64,000 nucleotides of DNA, from assembly GCA_021613535.1 (NCBI GenBank), contig CP075493.1:1488001-1552000 (forward strand). Direction: 5' to 3'. The notes below the pieces were generated by a model, which made no database searches, was not told where the DNA came from, and worked only from the letters and a program-made list of their open reading frames with translations. Source of the stretch: Adineta vaga. Lineage: Eukaryota > Animalia > Rotifera. The translations under genes were made by a program, and so were the position numbers. Of this stretch, positions 12,949-25,773 are shown piece by piece. Every line of letters starts with the position of its first letter. The stretch's first letter is position 1.

Positions 12949-15565
12949 CTATTTGTTTGTTTTTCGACGAGTTTTCTTCACTGACAATAAATATTGTTTC
13001 ATTTCACCAATATCTTTACATAACGATAATCTATTTAGAAACTGCCGAATACCCATTGTACTATTCATCGGATTCAAATCTATTTCATTACAAAGTTGAA
13101 TAAATAAAGGATTCGATATTAAACATTGTAGTTGATCATAGGTTAACTGAAATACTGGTGATTGATACATATTATTAGAAGTAGCAATGACTGATTGCTT
13201 GCTTGGAAATTGCCTTGAGATAAACGATTGAACAGTTATCTAAAAAATACAAAACTTTTGAGATAATAATTTTGTATCAAGATTTGAAAATACCTGTTGA
13301 GCATGGAATAATTCGTTTATTTGACGATATTGCACCAATTTTCGCAGTCGATTTTGTAAGGTATAACATGATCGCCCAGGAAAAAATGGTTGAATCTGTG
13401 ACCAACGAGCTAGAAAACAATTAAAATATTTCAACTAATTCTCATAACTGTAAAAATGAATACTATAAGGACGTTTATTTTCTATCTCATATTACTACAG
13501 TAACAAGTGTGCTGATATCGATAGTAGAAATAAAACACTGACTAATCTTTTAAATGATATCAATGAATTCTTATTTTAGATATTACCATTTTGTAGCTGA
13601 TGTTGTTCAATCAATAGTTGATCATCTTCACAACTAAAATCTGTTTTGTCTCGTTCTCTGGTTAAATGAATATATCGATTGTAACATTTCGTTTGTGAAC
13701 GACCAGGAACATCATGAGCAACTAAATTCCAATTTATTGTTTTTCGATTTGATTGTCTTAATACACTCTGCAGAAGTGCCTATGATGACAAAACAAAGAC
13801 AACAATCAATGGATAATCTCAGTCAAATAAAAATGAAAAAAAATCATGTCGCATAGATATAATTTGTACTTCGTCTTCGTCTACTTGCCATTGGCCTCGT
13901 CGAACATTTGGATCGATTCGACGCCATTCACGATGTATTGTTGAAAGACTACAACCAAGTTTATAAGCAACTATATTCAAATCAAACAAATGACTAATTA
14001 TATTTCTAATATCATTTTCTATTTCGATTACTTTTATTCAATGGAATATAATTGTTTTGACGATCTTCTTCGATAGCTTGTTTAAATTCATTCAATTGCT
14101 CATTTGAAAATTTCCTTAAAATACAATGAATAATTTGAGATCAATTTCAAATTTCAAAAGAAAAACTTACAATTTATCTAGACAACTGTTTTGTAAAGAC
14201 ATATAACGAGTTGCACACATTAATGGTGAACGTTGCGTCTAGAAAAAAAAATCAAAATTGAAACATCATCTGTTCAGTCGATCACTTCATGTAACTTACA
14301 AAATTCGATGCAATTGTTGTCCATTGATCTGCATATGATCCATGAATTTGTACTAAATCTGTTAGTAATTGATCTTCTTCTGCAGACCACTTTTGATTGT
14401 AATTAATAGTTGGTAAACATAATTGTTGCCAAGCATGACGACAACATTTTTCTGTATATTGATTATTCATCTAATTGATTATAAAGAATTAAATATAAAA
14501 GTAAATGAAAGAATATTATTTTCTTACCAACGTTTCAGCGATGTATGTCCAATCGATGGAATTATTTGCATTTTCTTGTTGAATTAATTCTCGATTTGAT
14601 AAAAGTCTATGAGTAGAAACATTTTCATTGAGAATAAATCAATTTTAAGATCTTATCTACCGTAAATCGTTCAGCATTGTTTTAACATTTTGAAGTTCTT
14701 GATCAACAATATTTGAATCACGTGTAGAGGTTTGTAAAATCTCAATTCTAAAAAAAAATCAATGACAATCTGATTAATTTATAATTTTACCTTCGAGTTA
14801 ATTCATGTTCTTTGTTCTTTCGAAGATTTTCTGCAACACATTCAATTAATTTTTGAATTATTTCATCTGAGCCTAAATTTTATGTAATCAAATAGATCGT
14901 TTATTCAAACAAGCTGTTAACTAACTTAGACGTGCTTTTTCTTCTCGTTGCATCATTCGACGAATATTTTGAATCGAGTCATTATTTGTCTAAATAAGAA
15001 TTGCATATTTTTTTAATGAAAAAATATCAATATTACTTACAGGTAAATGATTGAAAATATGATCTGAATAAAATTCAAAACTTTGTAATGGAAATATTTC
15101 ATTCGATGAGTGACTGGATTTCTCCTCAGTACTCTAAAACAAAAGAATCAAAATGACATCAAAACAGTTTAACTATTCTTCTTTTCAATTACTAATGATT
15201 GACAATGTTTGGATAGTTGAAATAATTTACGTTGATAACATAAGTTAAGTGTTGTAGCAAATGTTAATAGAGATGATTGATCAGTACGTGGAGAATTCGT
15301 CTGATGAAAATTTTCTTCTAATGAAAAAATATCAGGAATTTCATCGATTTGTTCGTTTTTGATTTGTTGCTCATCGAGAAGTTTAGAAAGCGTTTGTGGA
15401 AATGCTAGAATGATTTTAAAAAAAGAAGCAAACTTTACATTATTTCATCGTCGAGATGATCTAATACTTACCAGCATTTATAGCAACTTCAATCTCTACG
15501 TCATCAACTCGAATATTCAATGCTCTTTCAATCTTTTCAATATCACTTCTAATTACATCAGCCAT
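12949..15565 (-). CDS. SNAPC4: snRNA-activating protein complex subunit 4-like Myb-repeat protein, multi-exon
   Basis: Start MADVIRSDIEKIERAL. Tandem Myb repeats with spaced Trp: IDWTYIAE, QKWSAEEDQLL, QWTTIASN, DPNVRRGQWQVDED, INWNLVAHDVPGRSQTKCYNRY, RWSQIQPFFPGRS. Confidence 0.75.
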
Positions 15566-16096
15566 CTAGAAAAATGAATTAAATTCATATATATATTGAT
15601 ATTTCACTGGTTATTGTGATTGTTTATCTATTCTAGTTTTGATTTGATTTATATAATATCTTCAAACGAGTATTTTCATATCTAATAGTAACTATCCTCG
15701 TCGCTATCGGAATTGCATAGAACTGACACATGCAGATTTGATTTTTGTAAGAAAGTTAAATTGATAATTAGTCGATAATACATTAAATATTTCTTTTTCT
15801 CCTTTGCTTGCAGATTATTACAATTTCTCTTTGAAATTAATGAATCAGATGGAGAAAGAACAGATGTCGCTATTTTTCAATATAGAGGACATACGCTCAT
15901 AGAAAATATCAATGATAATAGGTCTATATACGTAAGTTTCCCACGATTAAATGAATTTATACCAAGCAGAGGAAAGATTTTATGATATTTTTTATTTGAT
16001 ATATATCTCGCACTGTAGAGATGAAAGAATGTTGGTCTTTTTCTAGACAGATGTTTCTTGAAAATCTAACTGAAAATACGGGATTATTGGGATAAG

Positions 16097-16114
16097 TGAG
16101 GGTGTGGCTGAGGC
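16097..16114 (+). repeat. Degenerate telomere-like hexamer tract TGAGGG-TGTGGC-TGAGGC
   Basis: Read directly from the sequence. Resembles bdelloid telomeric hexamers TGAGGG/TGTGGG. Confidence 0.35.
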
Positions 16115-16899
16115 ATTTGTCTGTAATCTACTCACACATCGACGCTCACACACACATTTTTTTCCTCAAAATTAGGCTGTTGACTTCTTGATATCATTCC
16201 GTTGAGGAATTTTGCTGAATAAGATCGATTTGATTGATCCTTAATTAAAATGATCGATGTTCCTTATGCGTATTCAGTCAGATCCAATATACGAGCAAAA
16301 CTTTTTGTTGAAAAGATACATGAAACCAATATAATTATTTCAATTTTATTATCGCTCGAGTCGTTATTAAAATAAAAAATATTTTCAACACAATGTTTCA
16401 AAGGACAAGTTTTGATTAGTGTTCAAAATGTTATTAAGTGACATCGACATCAAGAGATGTTTGTCAATTCTCATGTTGCCTGTTATTTAACGACTGCGAC
16501 GCATTTTCATTGCAATAAGAAATGCGGGTTACCATAGTTATAATAAGAAATCTCGCAGGATAAACTTTGCTTTTGACCACATAATAAATATGCTCGAATC
16601 ATAACCATTTTTGGATAACAAGAATTAATAATTCGGCTATTAAGCATTGAACTACATATTTCCTTTACTACGAATGTTTCCTCTTCTTATTTTGTTCATT
16701 TTGAAATGATTGGGTTTGATGCTGGCAAATGTGATATACGATTTTAATAGCAGAAGTTTGTTTTTCATCGTTTCATTATCGTGGAATGAGTAGTGTGGAC
16801 ATTGTTAACTAGATTCGAATCTGAAAATTTTAAATTTCTAAACTTATAATTCGAGTATTCGTATGTTAAACTATTCAATTTCTTAAGCATTCTGACATA

Positions 16900-17602
16900 T
16901 TCAATAGTAAACTATTGAAGTTCGCGATGGAAATGATATTATGGCACTGTTTGAGGGTGAAGATGATCAGTCGGTCTCTTTTTCCACGCTGCATGGCACA
17001 TTCAGTGTGTCCAACGATGAAACGTCGCCCGAGAAGCACTCTCAGTTTGCTCTGCACCTTCCAAAAGTTTAAAAGCTTAGTAGTTGAAAAGTCTTTTCGA
17101 CTTCTACATGTATGGATAAACCATACAAAAATCTTGTCTCATCGACTATCGAAAACTCGGATATTAATATTGAAGCACAATCGAAATCAAAATTATTCTA
17201 TTGCGATTAAGACGGATGCATATGTCATTTCCTTAAGTATGGTAATCTTCTTCGATATTTGGCTAGAGACAACCATGTTCAGAAATTTGAAAAGTGGTCA
17301 ATAAAAGATCTTTCTATGATTATGTACAAATCCAAATTAGACGCAGCCGATAATCAACAGCTAATTGCACTTGTACTAGAGAAAATTACTTTTCATGAAA
17401 GTCGTTACGATCATTTGCTAACATTGAAACAAGGTTGGGTTTTGCCATTACCTCGGAGAGTATAACGAATGACTTCAAAACTACGGCAATTCTTGAAAGA
17501 AAAATTGGATGATGGTGAACAATGAAGGATACGATGGCAACCAGAGTCAGTTGTGAATGAAATGAAGCACAGCAAAGATTCAATAACAGGCAATTACGTT
17601 TT
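16900..17602 (+). mobile_element. Truncated, decayed transposon-related ORF (C2H2-like finger plus helical domain)
   Basis: One frame with in-frame stops: LFYCD*DGCICHFLKYGNLLRYLARDNH ... LKQGWVLPLPRRV*RMTSKLRQFLKEKLDDGEQ*RIRWQPESVVNEMK. Resembles the C-terminal part of a widespread invertebrate DNA-transposon-like protein family. Superfamily not assigned. Confidence 0.5.
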
Positions 17603-17618
17603 TGAGGGTGTGGGTGTG
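17603..17618 (+). repeat. Interstitial telomere-like tract TGAGGG-TGTGGG-TGTG
   Basis: Read directly. Sits where the transposon-like reading frame stops resembling its family. Confidence 0.55.
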
Positions 17619-17929
17619 ATTAGTTGATCTATACCCATATTCATCCACATTTCAAATAACAGTCCGCCTACTACTTATCAAATATCATTCCAATATTCAA
17701 AGAACTTATTCACTAATGATGTCTTACCAAAATTTGAGAAAAATCATCATAAAAATATGATTCCATCTTTATTCGTTTGTGCTATCGTATGCCGCTACTT
17801 AGTATATTTTGATCAATTTCATATTTAATAATAAAAATACACACATATATTTCTCTATTCTTTCATTGAACTACTCCGACAAAGTGCGGCATAGCTCTCT
17901 GATATTCAATTCTTTATTTCAAGCGACTA

Positions 17930-18200
17930 TAGAGCACAAGGTGAACAAACCAAAATTATATGTAACAAATCTAGCCAAAATCACCTACAACAAAATGACA
18001 AGGAAACAGTATATGAAAGAAACAACATAAAAGTATGGTTACAATTACCATCTTGAGTACCGGATTTGGACAATTCAATTCAAGCATTAAATAATATATT
18101 ACAAACTTTAAAAAGAGAATTCGAGGAAGAACAACGTAAGATAGAACTGAAATACCAACAGCACCTTAAATAAATGCGGAAACTTCGGATTCCATACCAG
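17930..18200 (+). mobile_element. Possible retrotransposon gag/ORF1 coiled-coil remnant
   Basis: LDNSIQALNNILQTLKREFEEEQRKIELKYQQHLK with flanking stops, located in a debris island. Similarity is impressionistic only. Confidence 0.3.
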
Positions 18201-19515
18201 AATTATGTGTACTGCAAAAAATGTATGAGAGATGGACCATTCTGGAATGTGTGAAAATCAAAATTATCATGAGAAATATTTTCGATGTGCACGATTTATG
18301 ATCACTTGTTTTTGAATGAATTTTTTTATTTGTATCTAGTGGGATTACGGTTGAAAGCAGCCTCATGAATCGATAAAAGATATATGATGATAGATACAGA
18401 CATCACCATTTTCATAATAGTTCACAAATATTAATAATTGTAGGCAGTGGTTTTTATTAGCTAGAAAACCATGCGTCCAGGAAATCTTAAAGCTACTAGT
18501 CATCTGAGACATATCTACGTACATTTGAGATCTTTTGTGACAAGTTTCACTTCGAAAACTTCTATTTGATTCAAATCTAACATGATATTTGTAATCAGCA
18601 TTAGAAACTGAGTTGATTCATATGTTTTAAATAATTCTTAGAAAAAACATTCTTTTAAAAGAAACTCTGTATTCTCCATCAAGGATGGTCTGGCTAATAA
18701 TGACAAATTTTTCGATAACTCAGCCATTTCGCGAGAGATCATTCTCATCTTACAACTGGACCGAGATATTGATGAGACAATTATGTACACAAAGTCTCAG
18801 CTCTATCAAGTGTAGTTGTAAAGAGTTATCGTGTAAACAGAAGGTTGAACACACAGACCGATTATATTAGTGTACTCACTTTTTGAGTACACTAAAAAAA
18901 CAAATACTTAACAATTCAATTATATCAAAAACTGAACTATCATTCTTTGATTCCATTCACAATGTTCTTCTCGCTAAAACTATCACTCCCTGAACCATCC
19001 AAGTACATAGTCAATCACTTGAACGAATCCCTAAGAAATTTTCATGCTAAAGAATTGAACACAAACAAATTCCCATCTTTACTCAGCACTACCAATATAC
19101 ATAATACCTTCGTATATGCATTAATCCTTTGGAACCTTTCTTCTAAGTCATTCACCTGCTTCATCTCGCGCTGTTAAGGCTCATAGGCACCCAAATAGCA
19201 ATTCGGCTAAGTCTCCGCACAATCACCTGGTTTCGCTTATTTCTTTATCAATAACTCTAACCATTCCTTGAAACCAGATGCGTGATTTTCAATACATAAT
19301 CAACTGCAATAGTCACTACACGTCATTTATATATAGAGATCACTTTTGAGCAATCCTTTGAGATAAGCACAATCTGACTTACTCTCCTAAGTCTATGTAT
19401 AGGGTCTTAATGTGGAATCTTGAGGAATATTTTGTAATTTGTGTATCATCTAGTTGGTTGTTAGGGTAAAATTATTGATATTGGGATAGATTGCCAATTT
19501 TTCGATAAGAAACAG

Positions 19516-19590
19516 TCGGTTCCGACCGGATAGGCAGAATATCTGACGTCGGATCTGAGAAGTTCCGGTCGAATCGAATCACCTGTGATG
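19516..19590. repeat. GC-rich inverted-repeat element related to 9028-9160
   Basis: ttccgaccgga (19520-19530) is the exact reverse complement of tccggtcggaa near 9053. An imperfect inverted partner ttccggtcgaa lies at about 19563. Confidence 0.4.
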
Positions 19591-19767
19591 ATCTGCTGAA
19601 AGCAAAATATGTTAAAGAGTTATTGGGTTTCCAAAAAAGAACATTAATTGTTTATTCTTCTGATGCTGTAGTATTAAATCTTGTCTGCTATGCAAATATG
19701 ACGTATATTATTTTCTTAAACATTTATTGCACAAATAGAAAAGAAAACAAACAATAAGTTATTTTTA

Positions 19768-21452
19768 TTAGACTAGATTAAATCTTTTCAGTTCCGAAAA
19801 GCATTCCGTAAAAAACTTTGGATTTTGATTGATTGCTAACATATTTGAACTTGATTGTCCCATAATTAAAACTACACGTTGCCAAAAGACACTTCGTGTT
19901 TCATTTTCTGTTACAAATGGTTTTAATGGATAGGTTATTTCATGACCCATATAACTAAATGCTAAATAAAGACATGTTAACACAATCGAATGTAATTCCG
20001 AAACGCTTTCAATTGTTGTCGATGGTAGAACATATGTTAATGTATCACGTAAAATTAAATAGACAAATACAATATTAGCTGGATTAACAAATACTTGTTC
20101 TTGCCAACCTTGTAATATTAGATGGCGATCAGCACTTTTTATCCAAGCAATACAATCAATTGGATTCAGTTTTGGTAATAAATGAGCACATGATGAACAT
20201 AAATATTCGCTCAAACAACGTAATAATTCATTTGTTGATGCTTGAATGATTGTTTTTCGTGTTGTTATTGTTGATATTTCTGCTGAACGAATATGTTTTG
20301 TACTTGATGTTGCCGATACAGGATTCGTATTATTCGATATCACTCCATTGGAAGATAATTGGATATGATAATTTTGATAATATTGAGATTGAGATTTTGG
20401 TAAATGGTATGTTGATGGAATGAATGTAGTATGACGTTTATGAACTGAAGGATAAAAAAGACAAATGAATTTAGGGAATATTCATATTCGAATTTGACCT
20501 TCTAAATCCATATCTCCAGAGATGTGTAGAAATCAGCAATGCTTTTTTAATCTCAGTTTTGATGCTTCACCCTTTCTAGCATTATACAATGTCAATGGAG
20601 TATTGATCTCTCATATATAGTCAAAAAAAGACCTGGAAAATCACTAACTTTGTGAATCTTCTAGTCTGAACGAAATTTAGAATGGAAAATCTGACTCGAA
20701 TATCATTTGAATTGATATAGAAAAAAAACAAGTGGTTCAATTAAAACTAAGTGCATTGCAGAAAAATTTTTGTCGAGGTTTTCTGTTCTTTTGGGATGTA
20801 TCTATGATAGTATTTTTGTCTAGAATCGATAAAAAATATAGAAGTTACTCTAAAAATTGATTCTCTTGAGAAATGAAAGTAATGCATAGACTTTCCCTAA
20901 CTATCTTTTTTTTCTATTTTTATTCTAAAATGACAATGTGACCTAATGAATAAAAGATGAGTCTTAATACTAATAATAACCTGTTGTTAAGTCAATTCTT
21001 GATCTTCGTCTCTGTTGAACATGCGTATCAAGTGTACTGTTCATTGATGATTGATCTGGTTTGTTTACTGCTACTACTGATGTGTTGACTGATTCTTTAT
21101 TGGTCAGATCATTCAATGGTTGTTTTATGGAAAATAGACTAAAAGATTTTTTGACATTGATTTGTTCTTGATCAGTTTTTGATGATTTTCTATTGGTTAT
21201 TTTTGCCGTATTTTTCTTCATTAATTCATGAAAATTTTGTGTCGAATATGAATGATGAGTATTTTCTGAAATGATTGTATTAGAACGTTTTATTTTGCCA
21301 TGTGAATGACGTAAAGAAATTTTCTTAATATTAAATGTGTTATTGATAATTTGTAATTGTTTTTTCCATGAAGATCGATTTGGTGTTAAAGTTAAATGAT
21401 TCGAAAATCCATCATGATAGGATTTCGATTGACGAGGTGAAATATTACCCAT
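19768..21452 (-). CDS. CDK5R1: Cyclin-dependent kinase 5 activator (p35/p39 family), two exons
   Basis: Myristoylation-type start MGNISP. Intron about 20445-20981. Activator domain IIQASTNELLRCL, ADRHLILQGWQE, FVNPANIVFVY, LTCLYLAFSYMGHEITYPLKPF. Confidence 0.92.
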
Positions 21453-23782
21453 AAGAATTGATTAAGTCTACAAAGAAAGATGTAAAAGCAATAAACGTTA
21501 ACGATTCTTCGGCTAATTTCATATCAAACAGATAAGTACAATGTCTGATGTTCCTTCTATTCACCTACCATTGATTCTGTCTGTCGAATCGCGTTTTCTT
21601 TTTCTGTTAGGCTATGAATGTATCTACATGTATGTAGACAAATGAGATAAATTATTCAAAGATAAAGAAATCTTCTATAGAACATACAAGTGCTATTCAC
21701 TAGATCAATGTTCAATGAAAACATATACAATTACATGAAATAAAAATGAACAGATAACCTATTCTGAAGATTTAGAATCTGTTTTCTTTTTTTCTTTCTA
21801 TTAGAACGGACGACCTTAAGAATGAAGAATATTATTAATTATTAGAAAGAAAATTCGGGATTTGTAATCATGCACATGTTCATATTTAGTATTTTTCACA
21901 CTTACGTACCTGTGACCGATGTTCGTCTGATGAATTTCTTAAATTTTTCTATTATCCTTACTAACACGCACTGTCATGCTGAGATGGAAGCATCCTTTTA
22001 GATGTGAATGAGAGAGCGAATGTATTCTCTTCTCTTTTCTATTCATTCTTTGCCTCTAAAAAAAATTCGGCTGAACGCTCATCGGGAGCAATAATAACGA
22101 TGAATAGAGAGAGAGAGAAAGAAAAAAAACAGGAGAGCAAGAGAGAAACGAACACACATATACATACTTGAAGGAGTCGTCTCCTCTACGCGCAAAAAAA
22201 AGTATGTGTGTGAACTAGTTCTTTTCTTTAATATATTGATGCCATGTTTCCATATAACTGCCTGTGTTGTCCAGAAGTGGAATGATGAATTGAATACGAC
22301 GGTGTGTACATTGAACTCGGTCAATTTTGAACATCGTTGAGAAATGTCTTCCTTCGTCTGTAAGACAAGAGGAAAAAAAAAAGAAAAAAAGGAAAGGAAA
22401 ATGTCACCAATACTTGAGTCCGTTTTTCTAGACAGTCATCATCGATGAATCGGAAATGTCTCGGCGTCGATCGACTGAATGGCTTCTATGTACTAATTGA
22501 ATAAATATAAAATTAACTACTATGTATGGAAAGAAGTAGAATAGAGTATAGTTGTCATCTTAGTGAAAATAATGAGTTCGACAGTGATTAGAAAAGAAAC
22601 TCATTTTTCTGCTCTGTTTGATTGAATTAGTGAAGCGTCAGTTGAATTGCCGATGGACAACGGAAATGAACATAGACTGACATCGACGGGTTATGAACAT
22701 CTTGTAATTTCTTTATCTTATTCTTCGTCTAACTCTTAGAAAGAATCTTATTTATAAATTTGATACGATACATGTCAAGGAATAATCTCGATAATTTATT
22801 CCTTTACACATTATCATTCATCCAATAGACAGCATAGATATTAACGTCTTTTCTTTAGTTTAAAATTAGAGATTCTAATGATTTATTTCATCATTCGAGT
22901 TTCTTTTTCTGACTTTCATATTTGAACAGACAGACAAACAGTCATATTTCTAATCAATAGGAAGCAAATGTGTCTATTTCAATTATTCAAAATCTGTGTA
23001 AATGAAAATATTTAATTACTTTGACGAATCCAAAGTTGTCTGATGTTATAATAATCTTGTCTTTTGCCAATAGATTTTCTATAGATTAGAATGAACCGAT
23101 CGAACTACTTGTTTTTTGTTGTGGAATACTCGAGACTTATGATTTATATTAAGTTTTCAATAATATTGCCCTGTGGCATCAATACATCTATAAATAAAAA
23201 TATTGATTTTCTATATAAAAAAATCGCTTGCATGGAAGTTCTTTTTGGATATATAGAATCATAGTTTGTAGGAAGATTATATTGAGAAATAACATGAAAC
23301 GTTCAGAATCTTGATAAAATCTAAACTGATGTAAACTTCTTTCGGAATATTCTTATCTAATTCGTATGTTTTATTCGTAGATTATTGATTAAATATATGA
23401 ATGTTAATCAAAAGAAAAATAGAGTTTTAGTCAATGTAATCATCGGCTAAAGATTCAACAATTATTCGTGATAAATTCTTGTATTTCTTTTGTATACTGA
23501 TTTATTAAGCGATATTAAATTATTCAGTGTCATCTAAACAATAATTAATAAAATCAATATGTAAATGTCGTTTTCTCTCGTCTCTTCTAGACAATTCTTA
23601 ATAATTTAATTACCTCATCGAAAATATTTTATTCATCTTTTATATTCAAATAATATGTTCATGACATATGAAATCTTGAGAGTGTGAAATATCAGTAGTT
23701 GATTTACGATCAAAATGACAATGATGTATAAATTTTAGATCAATGAAATTTTATTCTAGTTTCTTTTATTATCAATCATTGT

Positions 23783-24113
23783 ACCACTAATTGTACTTGT
23801 TCCAATCAAATCACTAACTCATAAATTACAACCTGTGCTTGAATGATGTACAAGCATTGGTTTGAAAATAAATAGACGAATAGTTTTTCTTTGCTTACGT
23901 TTTACTGTTACTTCTAAATCAATATTTAAGGCATTTGGTTCTTTTTGAGTTAAATAAGGTAATGGCTTTGGATCCTTCAAATAATCGAAACAAAAAATAT
24001 TTAATTTCGCTTCTTTTCTCAACATTCATCTTACTTGTGTTAGTCCATTACATAAAGCACCTTGTAATGCATCCATTCTTACTATCCATGGTGGAATGGT
24101 TGTTTCAAAATCT
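23783..24113 (-). pseudogene. Partial, decayed DNA-level duplicate of FAH
   Basis: Two blocks match FAH about 26032-26116 ([11 protein letters not shown]) and about 26281-26510 ([10 protein letters not shown] and its intron). The intron is retained and the intervening segment is deleted. Confidence 0.85.
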
Positions 24114-25080
24114 TGATATGAGAAAAATTCAGATTATGCTTGAACACGGTTACCACGATAAAAAAAGCGTCAAGTTACTGAATATCCATATGATTTGGTG
24201 TATTTTCTGGAAACTGTTTTCATGAACATATAAGAGATCAGAATAATACAATGGTTCAACTTGTTTTTCTTCGAAAAAAATGAAATTCTGAACGAGGAAA
24301 AGGAGTGATTCTTGGTATTGATAACAGGAATTTTCACCACAGAAGAAATATTCTAGTAATTTGCGTCTAAATATGGTCGGCCATCGTTGTCCATGAGTCA
24401 GGCGTTTTAGAAACAATTCATAATTCTAATTTATTGAAATTTGTCATCGATATAACAAAAGTTTCGCTTCTCTTATTTCCAAAAAAAAACAGGAAAAGCG
24501 ATAGCGTTTCTTCTTGAATGTAACGATAAATGAAACCATCAGTGTGTTCATGTTCGAAAATAAAATCGTCCAAGAGATAAGAAAATTGGGGTATATTTCT
24601 ATGGTAGTTTCAATCATGATGTTTTCCATAATTATCTACTTAATCGTATCCGAATGTAAGGTTCATAATTGAATTTATCCACGGTCGATACATACAGAAT
24701 ATAATCTTTTTAATCAACACCATCTGATACATTTTATTGAATAAGGCTTATACCGAATTCACTAAACGAAGGTTTCCATTTCACGAAAAAGACTCCACGT
24801 CACATAGTGCACGAATTTTATTAACGAGATCAGTAGAACTGACCATTGTTACAGAATGAAACATAGCAAAATAGTCAATAATATATAAGAAAAACGAAGT
24901 ATAATTCGAGAATCACGAAAGTGACAAGATTAAGAATCAGCAAGTAGGCAAATTCAACACAGATGAGATCGTATAATTATCACCACTAGGAGTAGTGCAG
25001 AAATCGTTAACTCGATTCGAGTATTAAACTTCTTCTTCGAGTTTTAAACTTTTCAACCTACACACTTTGCTCTTTACCTT

Positions 25081-25098
25081 CCAACACCCACACCCTCA
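25081..25098 (-). repeat. Interstitial telomere-like tract TGAGGG-TGTGGG-TGTTGG
   Basis: Reverse complement of ccaacacccacaccctca. Shares tgagggtgtgggtgt (15 nt) with 17603-17617. Confidence 0.5.
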
Positions 25099-25122
25099 AG
25101 ATGGTAATAAAACTCTTAAAGT

Positions 25123-25428
25123 TTATTTAACAATTTTACATGGGCGACGAGGAGAACTTTGTGGATCAACAAAAACATCAAATTGATTAATGCTTTCTTC
25201 ACGAAGTTTATGTAACATCTTCCCATTCGCAACAATCAAAACATCTTGATCAGCACCATGATCTTTATAGCTTACTGAATATTTAACACTATCTCCAAGA
25301 GATAATGCCTGTCTGATGGCATAATCGATATCGGCAACGCTGTTGCTTTCATCAAAACGAAGGAGAATTAATTCCCCACCGTCTTTTCGAATTTTAATCA
25401 CATCAAGGTTTTCCATCTCTATTGGCAT
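25123..25428 (-). CDS. Small intronless protein with putative PB1/beta-grasp fold
   Basis: 101-aa ATG-initiated ORF with protein-like composition. Pattern IKIRK..LILLRF / helix / YSVSYKD..DQDVLI resembles a PB1 domain with an OPCA-like acidic loop. Confidence 0.55.
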   Translation of the reverse strand: MPIEMENLDVIKIRKDGGELILLRFDESNSVADIDYAIRQALSLGDSVKYSVSYKDHGADQDVLIVANGKMLHKLREESINQFDVFVDPQSSPRRPCKIVK

Positions 25429-25773
25429 ATTGAATAGAAAAAAAAGATATTTTCACCGATAAAATGTTGGTCGTATAAACCAGTTAGACTCAAACATCGA
25501 CAAATTATCCAGATAATTCATTTGTTTTCTTTTATTCTCGAATTTATTCCGTATTGTCTAAACAATAAATAATAGAATCAATATCCTAGTTTTCTTTTTT
25601 TCCTCATTCATACTAAATAATTCAACGTAATTAAATTATCTAATCAAGAACAGTTTGTTTATCTTTCATTTTTGTTTTATCAAGTGTTTTTGTTTAATCA
25701 AAACAAATCACATTGAACAAATCTTTATTCTTTTAGTTTTTAAAATTCGAAAAACTAACTAAACAAAAAAGTT

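Noticed and set aside
24150-24629. Minus-strand ORFs resembling decayed lineage-specific (F-box-like) gene pieces
   Set aside because: No diagnostic motif. Too degraded to call.
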